Source: Bordetella parapertussis (GTDB lineage: Bacteria; Pseudomonadota; Gammaproteobacteria; Burkholderiales; Burkholderiaceae_B). Taken from it: a DNA stretch of 32,000 bases. The stretch is from positions 96,271 through 128,270 of the forward strand of contig CAMBFI010000010.1 of the NCBI GenBank assembly GCA_945865935.1, written 5' to 3'. Of this stretch, positions 24,304 to 32,000 are shown one piece after another. Both the position numbers and the translations under genes were made by a program. The notes beneath the pieces were generated by a model. The model was not told the DNA's origin, ran no database searches, and was given only the letters and a program-made list of their open reading frames with translations. How positions within the stretch are numbered: the first letter of the stretch is position 1; every line of letters begins with the position of its first letter.

Positions 24304-25159
24304 ACCCGTCGAGTCTGGTCCTGTGCGTGATCCGCACATCAATTTTGCCTATTTGGACGAACGCACCAAGCGCATGATTCGGCGCGCCATTCTCAAGGCC
24401 GTCGCCATTCCTGGCTATCAAGTTCCTTTTGGCTCGCGTGAAATGCCCTTGCCCTATGGCTGGGGGACGGGTGGTATTCAAGTCACGGCCTCGATCATTG
24501 GGCCCACCGATGTGCTCAAGGTGATTGACCAAGGTTCTGATGACACGGTCAATGCCGTCAATATTCGACGCTTCTTTCAAAGAACAACGGGCGTGGAGGT
24601 GACAACCGACACTACCCTGGCCAGCATCATTCAAACGCGTCATCGCATTCCAGAAACACCGCTGCGCGAAGGGCAGGTGCTTGTGTATCAGGTGCCTGTG
24701 CCCGAGCCCATGCAACACCTCGAGCCGCGTGAACAAGAGACCCGACAACTTCATGCCTTGCAAGAGTATGGTCTCATGCACGTCAATTTATTTGAAGATT
24801 TGGCGCACTACGGACATATCTCCAGTACCTATGATTACCCTGTTTTGGTCAATAGCCGCTACATCATGTCGCCTTCGCCTATTCCAAAATTTGATAATCC
24901 AAAAATGCATTTAAATCCTGCTTTACAGCTGTTTGGCGCGGGTCGAGAAAAACGTATTTATGCCGTGCCGCCCTACACCACGGTTGAAAGCTTGGGCTTT
25001 GATGATCACCCCTTTGAGATTCAACGCTGGTTGTCAGCCTGTGAACTTTGTGGCTCCAAGGAAAGTTTTTTGGACGAAGTCATCATGGATGATCAAGGCA
25101 AAAAAATGTTTGTCTGCTCCGACAGTGATTACTGCAGCAAACGACAGGTGAGGCCATGA
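24269..25159 (+). CDS. phnJ: C-P lyase PhnJ (radical-SAM-dependent alpha-D-ribose 1-methylphosphonate 5-phosphate C-P lyase)
   Basis: NFAYLDERTKRMIRRAILKAVAIPGYQVPFGSREMPLPYGWGTGGIQ is nearly identical to E. coli PhnJ as I remember it. The C-terminal Cys cluster is CELCGS...CSDSDYC. Start options are ATG 24269, 24284 and 24290, and all overlap the phnI 3' end. Confidence 0.93.
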   Translation: MSCLGMTMLQNEPVESGPVRDPHINFAYLDERTKRMIRRAILKAVAIPGYQVPFGSREMPLPYGWGTGGIQVTASIIGPTDVLKVIDQGSDDTVNAVNIRRFFQRTTGVEVTTDTTLASIIQTRHRIPETPLREGQVLVYQVPVPEPMQHLEPREQETRQLHALQEYGLMHVNLFEDLAHYGHISSTYDYPVLVNSRYIMSPSPIPKFDNPKMHLNPALQLFGAGREKRIYAVPPYTTVESLGFDDHPFEIQRWLSACELCGSKESFLDEVIMDDQGKKMFVCSDSDYCSKRQVRP

Positions 25160-25944
25160 GGGAACTGGATGCTAAGCCGCCTTTGATGCGTGTGCAGGAC
25201 TTATCTTGCGCCTATGGTGCGCGAACCGTGGTGCACGATATTTCTTTTGATCTATGGCCCGGCGAAGTGCTGGCCATTGTGGGTGAATCGGGCTCTGGTA
25301 AAACGACCTTGCTCAATGCCGTTGCGGCTCGGCACACGCCCAGCGCGGGTCATGTGTATTTTGATTTGCGCGACGATGGCTTGCAAGAGATCTACGACAT
25401 GACCGAGTCGCAAAGACGCATGCTGGCCCGCACTGATTGGGGCTTTGTGCACCAACATGCCTCAGAGGGTTTGCGCATGAACGTGTCAGCAGGCGCCAAT
25501 GTGAGCGAACGCTTAATGGCGTTGGGACAGCGTCACTATGGTCAGTTGCGCGCGCAAGCCATTGATTGGCTAGAACGGGTCGAAATTCACCCAAGCCGTA
25601 TTGACGATCGTCCCGACACGTTCTCTGGCGGCATGCGCCAACGGCTCCAAATTGCGCGCAATTTAATTACGCAGCCTCGGTTGGTTTTTATGGACGAACC
25701 TACTTCTGGTTTGGACGTGTCTGTGCAGGCCAAACTGCTAGATATGATGCGTACTCTGACGCGCCAAATGAATCTAGCCGCCATCATTGTGACGCATGAC
25801 TTAGCCGTTGCAAGACTCTTGGCACAACGCATGATGGTGATGCAAAACGGTCAGGCGGTTGAAACCGGTTTGACCGATCAGGTGCTAGACGATCCTCAGC
25901 ATCCTTACACGCAGTTGTTGGTTTCTTCGGTGTTGCCGCCATGA
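25156..25944 (+). CDS. phnK: PhnK, ABC-type ATPase subunit of the C-P lyase system
   Basis: Walker A GESGSGKTT, signature FSGGMRQR, Walker B LVFMDEPTSGLD. Its position and ATGA overlap with phnJ support the call. Confidence 0.92.
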   Translation: MRELDAKPPLMRVQDLSCAYGARTVVHDISFDLWPGEVLAIVGESGSGKTTLLNAVAARHTPSAGHVYFDLRDDGLQEIYDMTESQRRMLARTDWGFVHQHASEGLRMNVSAGANVSERLMALGQRHYGQLRAQAIDWLERVEIHPSRIDDRPDTFSGGMRQRLQIARNLITQPRLVFMDEPTSGLDVSVQAKLLDMMRTLTRQMNLAAIIVTHDLAVARLLAQRMMVMQNGQAVETGLTDQVLDDPQHPYTQLLVSSVLPP

Positions 25945-26669
25945 CACTTCAATCCGCAGACGCCCAGCCCATGCTGCAGATGAACAAGCTGAGCAAGCAA
26001 TTTCTATTGCACTTGCAAAACAGCACTGTCTTGACTGTTTTGCATGACTTTAATTTGACCTTAAGTCCAGGAGAGTGTGTACGGTTAAGTGGTCCCTCTG
26101 GGATGGGCAAAAGTACCATACTGAAACTAGCCTATGGCAATTACCGCGCCAGCGCGGGTGAAATTTTAGTGCGCGATACCGAAGGGCAATATATTGACGT
26201 GACCCAAGCCAGCGCCCGGGTGATTTTGCATCTGCGCAACCAAGCGATGGCGTATGTCAGTCAGTTTTTAAGAGTCATTCCGCGTGTGGCGGCCATTGAC
26301 ATTGTGGCCGAGCCTTTGCTGGAAAACGGCTCGGATCTCGTCAGTCGCGAGCACGCTCGTGAAGTGGCTGCGCATTGGTTGACCCGATTGCGCATTCCTG
26401 AGGCGTTATGGCAATTGCCACCTGCGACATTTTCTGGTGGCGAGCAACAGCGCATTAACCTGGCCCGAAGCTTTATCAAACCACGGCCCTTGCTCTTGCT
26501 CGATGAGCCTACAGCGTCCTTGGACCCTGTCAATACCCAAACAGTGATTGAGATGATTGTTCAAGCCCGCGATCAGGGCGTTGCCATTCTTGGTATTTTT
26601 CACGATGACGCGGTGGCACAAGAAGTTGTCAGCCGCACTGTGTCCATGTTGCCTTTGGAAACAAAATGA
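25941..26669 (+). CDS. phnL: PhnL, ABC-type ATPase subunit of the C-P lyase system
   Basis: Walker A GPSGMGKST, signature FSGGEQQR, Walker B LLLLDEPTASLD. There are ATGA overlaps on both sides. Confidence 0.92.
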   Translation: MTLQSADAQPMLQMNKLSKQFLLHLQNSTVLTVLHDFNLTLSPGECVRLSGPSGMGKSTILKLAYGNYRASAGEILVRDTEGQYIDVTQASARVILHLRNQAMAYVSQFLRVIPRVAAIDIVAEPLLENGSDLVSREHAREVAAHWLTRLRIPEALWQLPPATFSGGEQQRINLARSFIKPRPLLLLDEPTASLDPVNTQTVIEMIVQARDQGVAILGIFHDDAVAQEVVSRTVSMLPLETK

Positions 26670-27838
26670 TGCATTCGCCAACCTCCACTCCAGTTGTTTT
26701 CACCAATGCACGTCTAGTGCTTCATGAGGAAGTGGTGCAGGGTAGTCTGACTAGTCAGCATGGCTTGATCCAGAATATCGATCAAGGTCAAACGTCGGTG
26801 CCGCAAGCCTTTGATTTGCAGGGTGACTATCTTCTGCCAGGTTTGGTGGAGGTGCACACCGATAATTTTGAACTTCACATGATGCCGCGTCCCAAAGTAC
26901 GCTGGGATGACGCGCCCGCCGTGCTTGCGCACGATGCGGAAATTGCTGCGGCCGGCATCACGACCGTCTTGGATGCGTTAGGGGTAGGAGAGGCTGATCC
27001 GGACAGCATTCGGGGCAAAGAATGGGACACGGTATTGACCTGTCTGTCAGACTTTGCACATCGAGGTGTCCTGCGTGCCGATCATTATTTGCATGTGCGT
27101 TGTGAGTTGCCAGCGCCCAACACCCTTGAATTGTTCACACCCTTTGTGGGTAATGACTTAGTGAAAATGATCTCTGTCATGGACCACACGCCTGGTCAGC
27201 GCCAGTGGGAAAACATTGAGCAAGCTTGGATTTATTTTTCTGGAAAAAAAGGTTGGACGAAAGAGAGGTTTGAGGAGCGTATTGCCATGGCGCAAGCGGC
27301 GCAGGCGCTTTATGCCAAACCTCACCGCGCATACTTTACCCAATACTGCCAAGAAAATAGTATTACCCTGGCTAGCCATGACGACACCACGGTAGCGCAT
27401 GTGGAGGAGGCCTTTGCCGAAGGGGCAACCGTGTGTGAGTTTCCCACTACCGTCGCGGCAGCCCAAGCGGCCAGAGCGCGCAACATGTTTAACATCATGG
27501 GTGGACCCAATGTGGTACGGGGCGGTTCGCATTCGGGCAATGTGTCTGCGACCGAGCTGGTCAGGCTGGGTCTGGTCGACATCTTGTCGTCCGACTATGT
27601 GCCCGGCAGTTTGATATCCGCGATGGTGCGCTTGACTGAAACTGCGGATTTAAGCTTGCCGCAGGCGGTGGCCTTGGTCAGTAGACATCCAGCAAAAGCC
27701 ATCGGTCTTCACGATAGGGGCACCCTTGAAATAGGTTTGCGGTCAGATTTGATTCAAGTTCGAATGATCACTTTGCCTGATGGGCGTCAACAACCTGTTG
27801 TTCGCGCAGTGTGGCGCGCAGGTGTTCGCGTTGTCTAA
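26666..27838 (+). CDS. phnM: PhnM, alpha-D-ribose 1-methylphosphonate 5-triphosphate diphosphatase (amidohydrolase superfamily)
   Basis: LPGLVEVHTDNFE (the HxD/H metal motif region) and SHDD...ILSSDY are typical of PhnM. It sits directly after phnL. Confidence 0.92.
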   Translation: MMHSPTSTPVVFTNARLVLHEEVVQGSLTSQHGLIQNIDQGQTSVPQAFDLQGDYLLPGLVEVHTDNFELHMMPRPKVRWDDAPAVLAHDAEIAAAGITTVLDALGVGEADPDSIRGKEWDTVLTCLSDFAHRGVLRADHYLHVRCELPAPNTLELFTPFVGNDLVKMISVMDHTPGQRQWENIEQAWIYFSGKKGWTKERFEERIAMAQAAQALYAKPHRAYFTQYCQENSITLASHDDTTVAHVEEAFAEGATVCEFPTTVAAAQAARARNMFNIMGGPNVVRGGSHSGNVSATELVRLGLVDILSSDYVPGSLISAMVRLTETADLSLPQAVALVSRHPAKAIGLHDRGTLEIGLRSDLIQVRMITLPDGRQQPVVRAVWRAGVRVV

Positions 27839-27846
27839 CGTTCGAG

Positions 27847-27864
27847 CTGTCTAAATGCGTCATA
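27847..27864 (+). promoter_or_regulatory. Pho-box-like direct repeat in the phnM-phnC spacer (candidate only)
   Basis: CTGTCTAAATGCGTCATA resembles the E. coli Pho box CTGTCATA(A/T)A(A/T)CTGTCA(C/T). However, the two TGTC(A/T) cores are 10 nt apart rather than 11, and the second half has mismatches. It lies in a 92-bp AT-rich gap upstream of phnC. Confidence 0.25.
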
Positions 27865-27930
27865 ACAATGAAATATTCAAACCATACTCTAGCGTATGTA
27901 TTCATTGATTATTGATAAAAGTTTAAAAAA

Positions 27931-28752
27931 ATGAAGACGTTATCTATTCGTAGTTTGACTAAACAGTTTGGTGAGCATACTGCTGTTGATCGTGTGTCAC
28001 TGGAGGTCAGCGCTGGCACTTTCGTCAGTGTGATCGGACGCTCAGGTGCGGGTAAATCGACCTTGCTTCGAATGATCAATCGTTTGAACGAACCCAGCCA
28101 AGGCTCGATTGAGTATGACGGTGTCGTGGTCACCGACCTCAAGGGTGTGGCGTTGAATGAGTGGCGTCGCAACTGCGCGATGGTGTTTCAACAATTCAAC
28201 TTGGTCGGACGCTTGGATGTCTTGACCAACGTACTCATGGGACGCTTGACCACCGTGCCGACCTGGCGTGCACTCCTCACACTCTGGAGCGACAAAGATA
28301 AGTTGGATGCCCTGGAAACATTAGACCGCTTTGGTATGGCTGACTTTGCTGCGCAGCGCTGTGACCAGTTGTCTGGTGGCCAGCAACAGCGCGTCGCGCT
28401 CTGTCGTGCCTTGGTGCAGAGACCTCAAATTATTTTGGCAGACGAGCCCATTGCCTCGCTTGATCCAAAAAATACTCTGATGGTGATGGAGGCCCTAAAG
28501 CGCATTAACCAAGAATTGGGTATTACGGTGATTTGCAATCTACATGATCTCGATATTGCGCGAGAGTATTGCGATCGCTTAGTCGGTATGTCTGACGGGC
28601 GCGTAGTTTTTGACGATGTGCCTGAGCAGTTCACCGAGGCTTTGGTGCATGACCTGTATGGCATCGAAGCCAACGACACCACGCAAAAGTTTTCACCTGC
28701 GTTGAGTTCACCTAATGTGGCTCCCCTGAGCCTACAAGCTAGCCTCGTTTAG
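27931..28752 (+). CDS. phnC: Phosphonate ABC transporter ATP-binding protein PhnC
   Basis: Walker [13 protein letters not shown], signature LSGGQQQR, Walker [12 protein letters not shown]. It is followed by phnD and phnE. Confidence 0.92.
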   Translation: MKTLSIRSLTKQFGEHTAVDRVSLEVSAGTFVSVIGRSGAGKSTLLRMINRLNEPSQGSIEYDGVVVTDLKGVALNEWRRNCAMVFQQFNLVGRLDVLTNVLMGRLTTVPTWRALLTLWSDKDKLDALETLDRFGMADFAAQRCDQLSGGQQQRVALCRALVQRPQIILADEPIASLDPKNTLMVMEALKRINQELGITVICNLHDLDIAREYCDRLVGMSDGRVVFDDVPEQFTEALVHDLYGIEANDTTQKFSPALSSPNVAPLSLQASLV

Positions 28753-28795
28753 CTTTATATCCAGCCTTTTTATCCCCCTGTCCAGAGGAATTATT

Positions 28796-29698
28796 ATGTT
28801 GATCAATCGTCGCGCGCTGCTCGCTCTCGCTGCTTCTAGTCTCTTTGCCGTATCTGCCCAAGCGCAAGACTGGAAAGCTAAATATCCAGAATTGGTTTTT
28901 GCTTCGATCCCGGCTGAAAATGCAGCTCAAGTGACAGAGCGTTTTGGAGATTTTGCTGCTTACCTGTCACGCGAAATTGGTGTGCCAGTTAGGTTGCGTG
29001 TGGTGGGTGACTATGCGGCGGTGATTGAAGGTCAGCGTGCTGGACAAATTCATATGGCCTATTATGGCCCCGCCTCATACGCACGTGCCCGGATGATTGG
29101 TGTAAAGATCACCCCCTTTGCCATTGAGGTTTCTAAGGGCGGCGTCAAGGGCTATCACTCCGTGTTTTATGTCAAAGCGGATTCGCCTTACAAGTCGCTT
29201 GCTGACCTGAAGGGCAAAAACTTGGGTCTGGTTGATCCAAACTCCACCTCAGGTAACAACGTGCCACGCTTTGTCTTGAACGAAATGAAGATTAGACCTG
29301 AAACGCATTTTGGCAAAGTGGTCTATACCGGCAGCCACGTCAATGCAGTGATGGCGTTGAACCAAGGGACGGTTGATGTGGCGGCCAACTGGTGGAACAA
29401 TGAAAATGACTCTGAACTGCAACGCATGGTCGACAAGGGTATGGTTAAAAAAGATGATTTCCGCATCATCTTCAAATCAGATCAAATCGTGAACAGCCCG
29501 ATGGCGTATTTAGATAGCCTCCCGCCTGAGCTGAAAAAACTGATCGAACAAGCGTTCTTCAATGCTCCTGTGAAAGACAAAGCTGCCTTTGACAAGTTGT
29601 CCGATGGCAAGCTGGAGCCTTTTCAACCTGTGACGCATGACGCCTATTTGCCTATTGTCGAGTTGAACAAGTTCGTTGACAGCTTGCGTAAAAAGTAA
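28796..29698 (+). CDS. phnD: Phosphonate/phosphite ABC transporter substrate-binding protein PhnD
   Basis: Signal peptide with an RR motif (MLINRRALLALAASSLFAVSAQA). LVFASIPAEN, DPNSTSGNNVPR and GSHVNAV are typical of the PhnD family. Confidence 0.9.
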   Translation: MLINRRALLALAASSLFAVSAQAQDWKAKYPELVFASIPAENAAQVTERFGDFAAYLSREIGVPVRLRVVGDYAAVIEGQRAGQIHMAYYGPASYARARMIGVKITPFAIEVSKGGVKGYHSVFYVKADSPYKSLADLKGKNLGLVDPNSTSGNNVPRFVLNEMKIRPETHFGKVVYTGSHVNAVMALNQGTVDVAANWWNNENDSELQRMVDKGMVKKDDFRIIFKSDQIVNSPMAYLDSLPPELKKLIEQAFFNAPVKDKAAFDKLSDGKLEPFQPVTHDAYLPIVELNKFVDSLRKK

Positions 29699-29704
29699 TC
29701 TTCG

Positions 29705-30568
29705 ATGATTGATTCCCGTCCAAGATTATTGGAAACCGCCTATGCCCAAGCGGTGGCGCTCAAGCGCCGCCAGCTTTGGCTAGGTCTGATCGTGTTGGCA
29801 GTAGTGGTCGCGTTCTCGGTCAATATTGCTGAGATCTCGCTCTCTAAGTTTTATCAGCACATTGGCGGCTTTTTTAGCTACTTTGACAGAATCGCGCACC
29901 TTGAAGATGGTCGCCCTGTCATTGCAGATCCCGCAGAGTGGTTTTGGGGTTGGAAAAAGTGGTTAGCCCTGATGGGCGAGACGTTGTTAATGGCCTATCT
30001 TGGCACCTTGCTCGGCGCCACTGCTGCTTTTGTCTTGTGTTTCTTGGCGAGTCAAAATCTGACGCAGAGCAAGGGTGTCGTGTTTATCACTCGCCGATTG
30101 CTTGAGTTTTCACGAACAGTGCCTGAGTTAGTGTTTGCACTGATTTTCGTTGTTGCTTTTAGTTTGGGTCCTTTGCCTGGTATCTTGGCACTGGCCATCC
30201 ATAGCGCCGGTGCCTTAGGAAAACTCTTTGCCGAAGTGGTCGAAAATATCGACATGAAGCCGGTCGAGGGCGTGGTCGCTGCGGGTGGCAATTGGTTCCA
30301 CAAAATTCGTTTTGCAGTGTTGCCCCAAGTGGCTTCAAATTTTGCCAGCTATGCGCTGTTACGCTTTGAAATCAACGTCAGGGGTGCTTCTGTGCTGGGC
30401 TTTGTGGGCGCGGGCGGTATTGGACAAACCTTGCTCGAAGTGATCAGAAAGTTTTATTATGCCGATATCAGTGCTTTGTTAGTCATGATCATCGCAACGG
30501 TCATGATTATTGACGCCGTAACGGAACGCATTCGTCACAAACTCATCGGAATGGACGCCAGATCATGA
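29705..30568 (+). CDS. phnE: Phosphonate ABC transporter permease PhnE (copy 1)
   Basis: Multi-pass permease with the PhnE-type EAA-loop region VENIDMKPVEGVVAAGGNWFHKIRFAVLPQV and GAGGIGQTL. Confidence 0.9.
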   Translation: MIDSRPRLLETAYAQAVALKRRQLWLGLIVLAVVVAFSVNIAEISLSKFYQHIGGFFSYFDRIAHLEDGRPVIADPAEWFWGWKKWLALMGETLLMAYLGTLLGATAAFVLCFLASQNLTQSKGVVFITRRLLEFSRTVPELVFALIFVVAFSLGPLPGILALAIHSAGALGKLFAEVVENIDMKPVEGVVAAGGNWFHKIRFAVLPQVASNFASYALLRFEINVRGASVLGFVGAGGIGQTLLEVIRKFYYADISALLVMIIATVMIIDAVTERIRHKLIGMDARS

Positions 30569-31440
30569 GCCAAGTGACGTTGCCCCAAGCCGATACAGCC
30601 CAAGCAGGCGAGCGTGACCAACTGCGTCAACGCTATGCCAGTCATTTCAAACCGTTCTACCAAGGCAATTGGACCGCGATTTTTATCGGTCTAGTCGCCT
30701 TTGGTTTCTTTGCCTTGGGTGTCTACAAGCTAGACATGACCTTTGCCCGCATCTGGGGCGGGTTGGGTGAGTTGGGCAAGATGGTGGTCCTCATGTTGCC
30801 GCCGAATCCCGAGTCTTGGGCCCTCACCAAAGTGTATCTGTATGCCATGCTGGAAACCCTGGCCATCGCTTTGCTGGGTACTTTGTTGGCGGCTGTGGTC
30901 GCTTTTCCACTTGGTTTTCTGGCGGCCCGTAATACGACCATCAATAGGTTGGTGCAGTTTATGGCGCGACGCAGTTTTGATACGCTACGCGGCGTCGACA
31001 TTTTGATTTGGGCCTTGATCTGGATCAATGTGGTCGGCTTAGGTCCCTTTGCAGGTGTGTTGGCCCTATTTATGGCGGATCTTGGCATTTTCGGTAAAGT
31101 GTTTTCTGAGGCCATCGAAGCGGCAGACAACAAACCCGTCGAAGGCGTCCTCTCAACCGGTGGCTCCAACGTGGCCTCTGTGCGCTTTGGCATCTTGCCT
31201 CAATTGATGCCTGTGTTGTTGAGCCAAGTCCTGTATGCCTTTGAATCCAACACGCGTAGCGCTTCTATTATTGGTATTGTGGGTGCAGGCGGTATCGGTT
31301 TGATCCTGTCCGAACAAATTCGCACCATGGAATTTCAACAAATGTCTTTTGTCATTTTGTTGATTTTGGTCACCGTCGCAATCATTGATTTCGTGTGTTC
31401 GAAACTGCGCTACGCTATTATTGGTGTGCGTGCTCGATAG
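30565..31440 (+). CDS. phnE: Phosphonate ABC transporter permease PhnE (copy 2)
   Basis: Paralogue of the preceding gene: IEAADNKPVEGVLSTGGSNVASVRFGILPQL, GAGGIGLIL. Its start overlaps the preceding stop (ATGA). Confidence 0.9.
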   Translation: MSQVTLPQADTAQAGERDQLRQRYASHFKPFYQGNWTAIFIGLVAFGFFALGVYKLDMTFARIWGGLGELGKMVVLMLPPNPESWALTKVYLYAMLETLAIALLGTLLAAVVAFPLGFLAARNTTINRLVQFMARRSFDTLRGVDILIWALIWINVVGLGPFAGVLALFMADLGIFGKVFSEAIEAADNKPVEGVLSTGGSNVASVRFGILPQLMPVLLSQVLYAFESNTRSASIIGIVGAGGIGLILSEQIRTMEFQQMSFVILLILVTVAIIDFVCSKLRYAIIGVRAR

Positions 31441-31874
31441 CCAACGGAGCCGTCAAGGCTGAGCGAAAACGGCAGCAAGTGCAAGCGGCACAGCAACGGT
31501 TACAAAAGGCCACGACCAGATCGCTAAAACACTGAGCGTGGTCAATTAGGGCGTTGTAGAAATTCGAGTCGCTACTTAAGTTTATGCCCATAACATTCCC
31601 GGTCTTGATCCTGCGGTCATTCATCTAACTTGGCCAAGCAAAATCGTGCGCCAGTAGTAGTACAAACGATGCAGGTGTGACGGGTATTGCAGACAATGAG
31701 CAAATCCAAGGGTATCTGGTGGGATTTGTCAGCTAATGTAGTGCTAATAGACTGCCTGTTTACCTCAACACTCTTGACGTCGTTCAAGTAGTCGGGCGCG
31801 ATTGCTCATAACGCGCCGTGTAAACTTATTATTAACTCTTTACCCAATGTCAGACTTAAATTGATGGAGCGCTT

Positions 31875-32000
31875 GTGAATAATATGCTGCCCAACGTCTG
31901 GCGACCTGATCTGGCCGCATTACTTCCTGCCAATCCTTCTACGGCAGGCGGTCCAGCGTTAGCTTGGTGGATCGCGTTGTTATATCTGTGCATGATTACT
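31875..32000 (+). CDS. 5' end of an unidentified ORF (possibly a membrane protein) running off the window
   Basis: GGAG lies 5 nt upstream of GTG 31875, with an in-frame ATG at 31884. It is open for 42 codons to the window end (VNNMLPNVWRPDLAALLPANPSTAGGPALAWWIALLYLCMIT), and the tail is hydrophobic. It is too short to identify. Confidence 0.35.
   Translation, partial: MNNMLPNVWRPDLAALLPANPSTAGGPALAWWIALLYLCMIT

Noticed and set aside
24248-24781. 177-aa minus-strand ORF across the phnI/phnJ junction. The same applies to 30723..31193 (156 aa), 12225..12653 (142 aa), 14991..15407 (138 aa) and 18137..18553 (138 aa).
   Set aside because: Each is antisense or out of frame relative to a confidently identified gene. 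The translations are Arg/His/Pro-rich with no recognisable domains.
31418-31624. 68-aa minus-strand ORF downstream of phnE2.
   Set aside because: It overlaps the phnE2 3' end, has no RBS, and its peptide is Cys/Ala-rich and low-complexity. Nothing supports it.
1-32000. Window-wide look for defence systems, toxin-antitoxin pairs, prophage or IS elements, rRNA/tRNA genes and CRISPR arrays.
   Set aside because: No nuclease, helicase, methylase, transposase or integrase-like translations were seen. There are no cloverleaf-like sequences in the few intergenic gaps and no spaced repeat arrays. All sizeable ORFs are accounted for by metabolic, envelope or housekeeping functions.

Overview
This looks like a chromosomal segment of a beta-proteobacterium. 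The fabI-mltD-gloB / methyltransferase-rnhA-dnaQ synteny and a Bug/TctC-family binding protein suggest Burkholderiales. It is densely coding: I support 35 CDS, two of them truncated by the window edges. I found no rRNA, tRNA, CRISPR array, IS/transposase, integrase or recognisable defence gene, and none of the CDS looks like a transcription regulator.

Layout, left to right:
1. 1-2611 (-): an NdvA/ChvA-like ABC exporter, missed by the ORF track because it runs off the window, translationally coupled to an OpgH-like glucan synthase.
2. 2687-7128: a compact cluster encoding an MDR dehydrogenase, a divergent PTPS/QueD-fold protein, a GT4 glycosyltransferase, a stand-alone RibD-C reductase, and a GTP cyclohydrolase II fused to a degenerate DHBP-synthase domain. 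I cannot assign it to any known pathway, and it is my best candidate for an undescribed system (a glycosylated pterin/pyrimidine-type metabolite, possibly linked to the glucan module).
3. 7134-15403: mostly housekeeping genes (lipoprotein, amidase, split CHR chromate-transporter pair, fabI, mltD, gloB, methyltransferase, rnhA, dnaQ).
4. 15448-18731 (-): two enolase-superfamily paralogues flanking an orphan Bug-family binding protein.
5. 18941-19495: an unusual tail-anchored protein made of eleven 21-bp/7-aa heptad repeats.
6. 19634-31440: a phosphorus-scavenging block with a secreted phytase-like protein, a DUF1045 2H-phosphoesterase, phnGHIJKLM and phnCDEE. It has no phnF/N/O/P.

All functional calls rest on motif recognition in the translated ORFs. 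No database search was possible.
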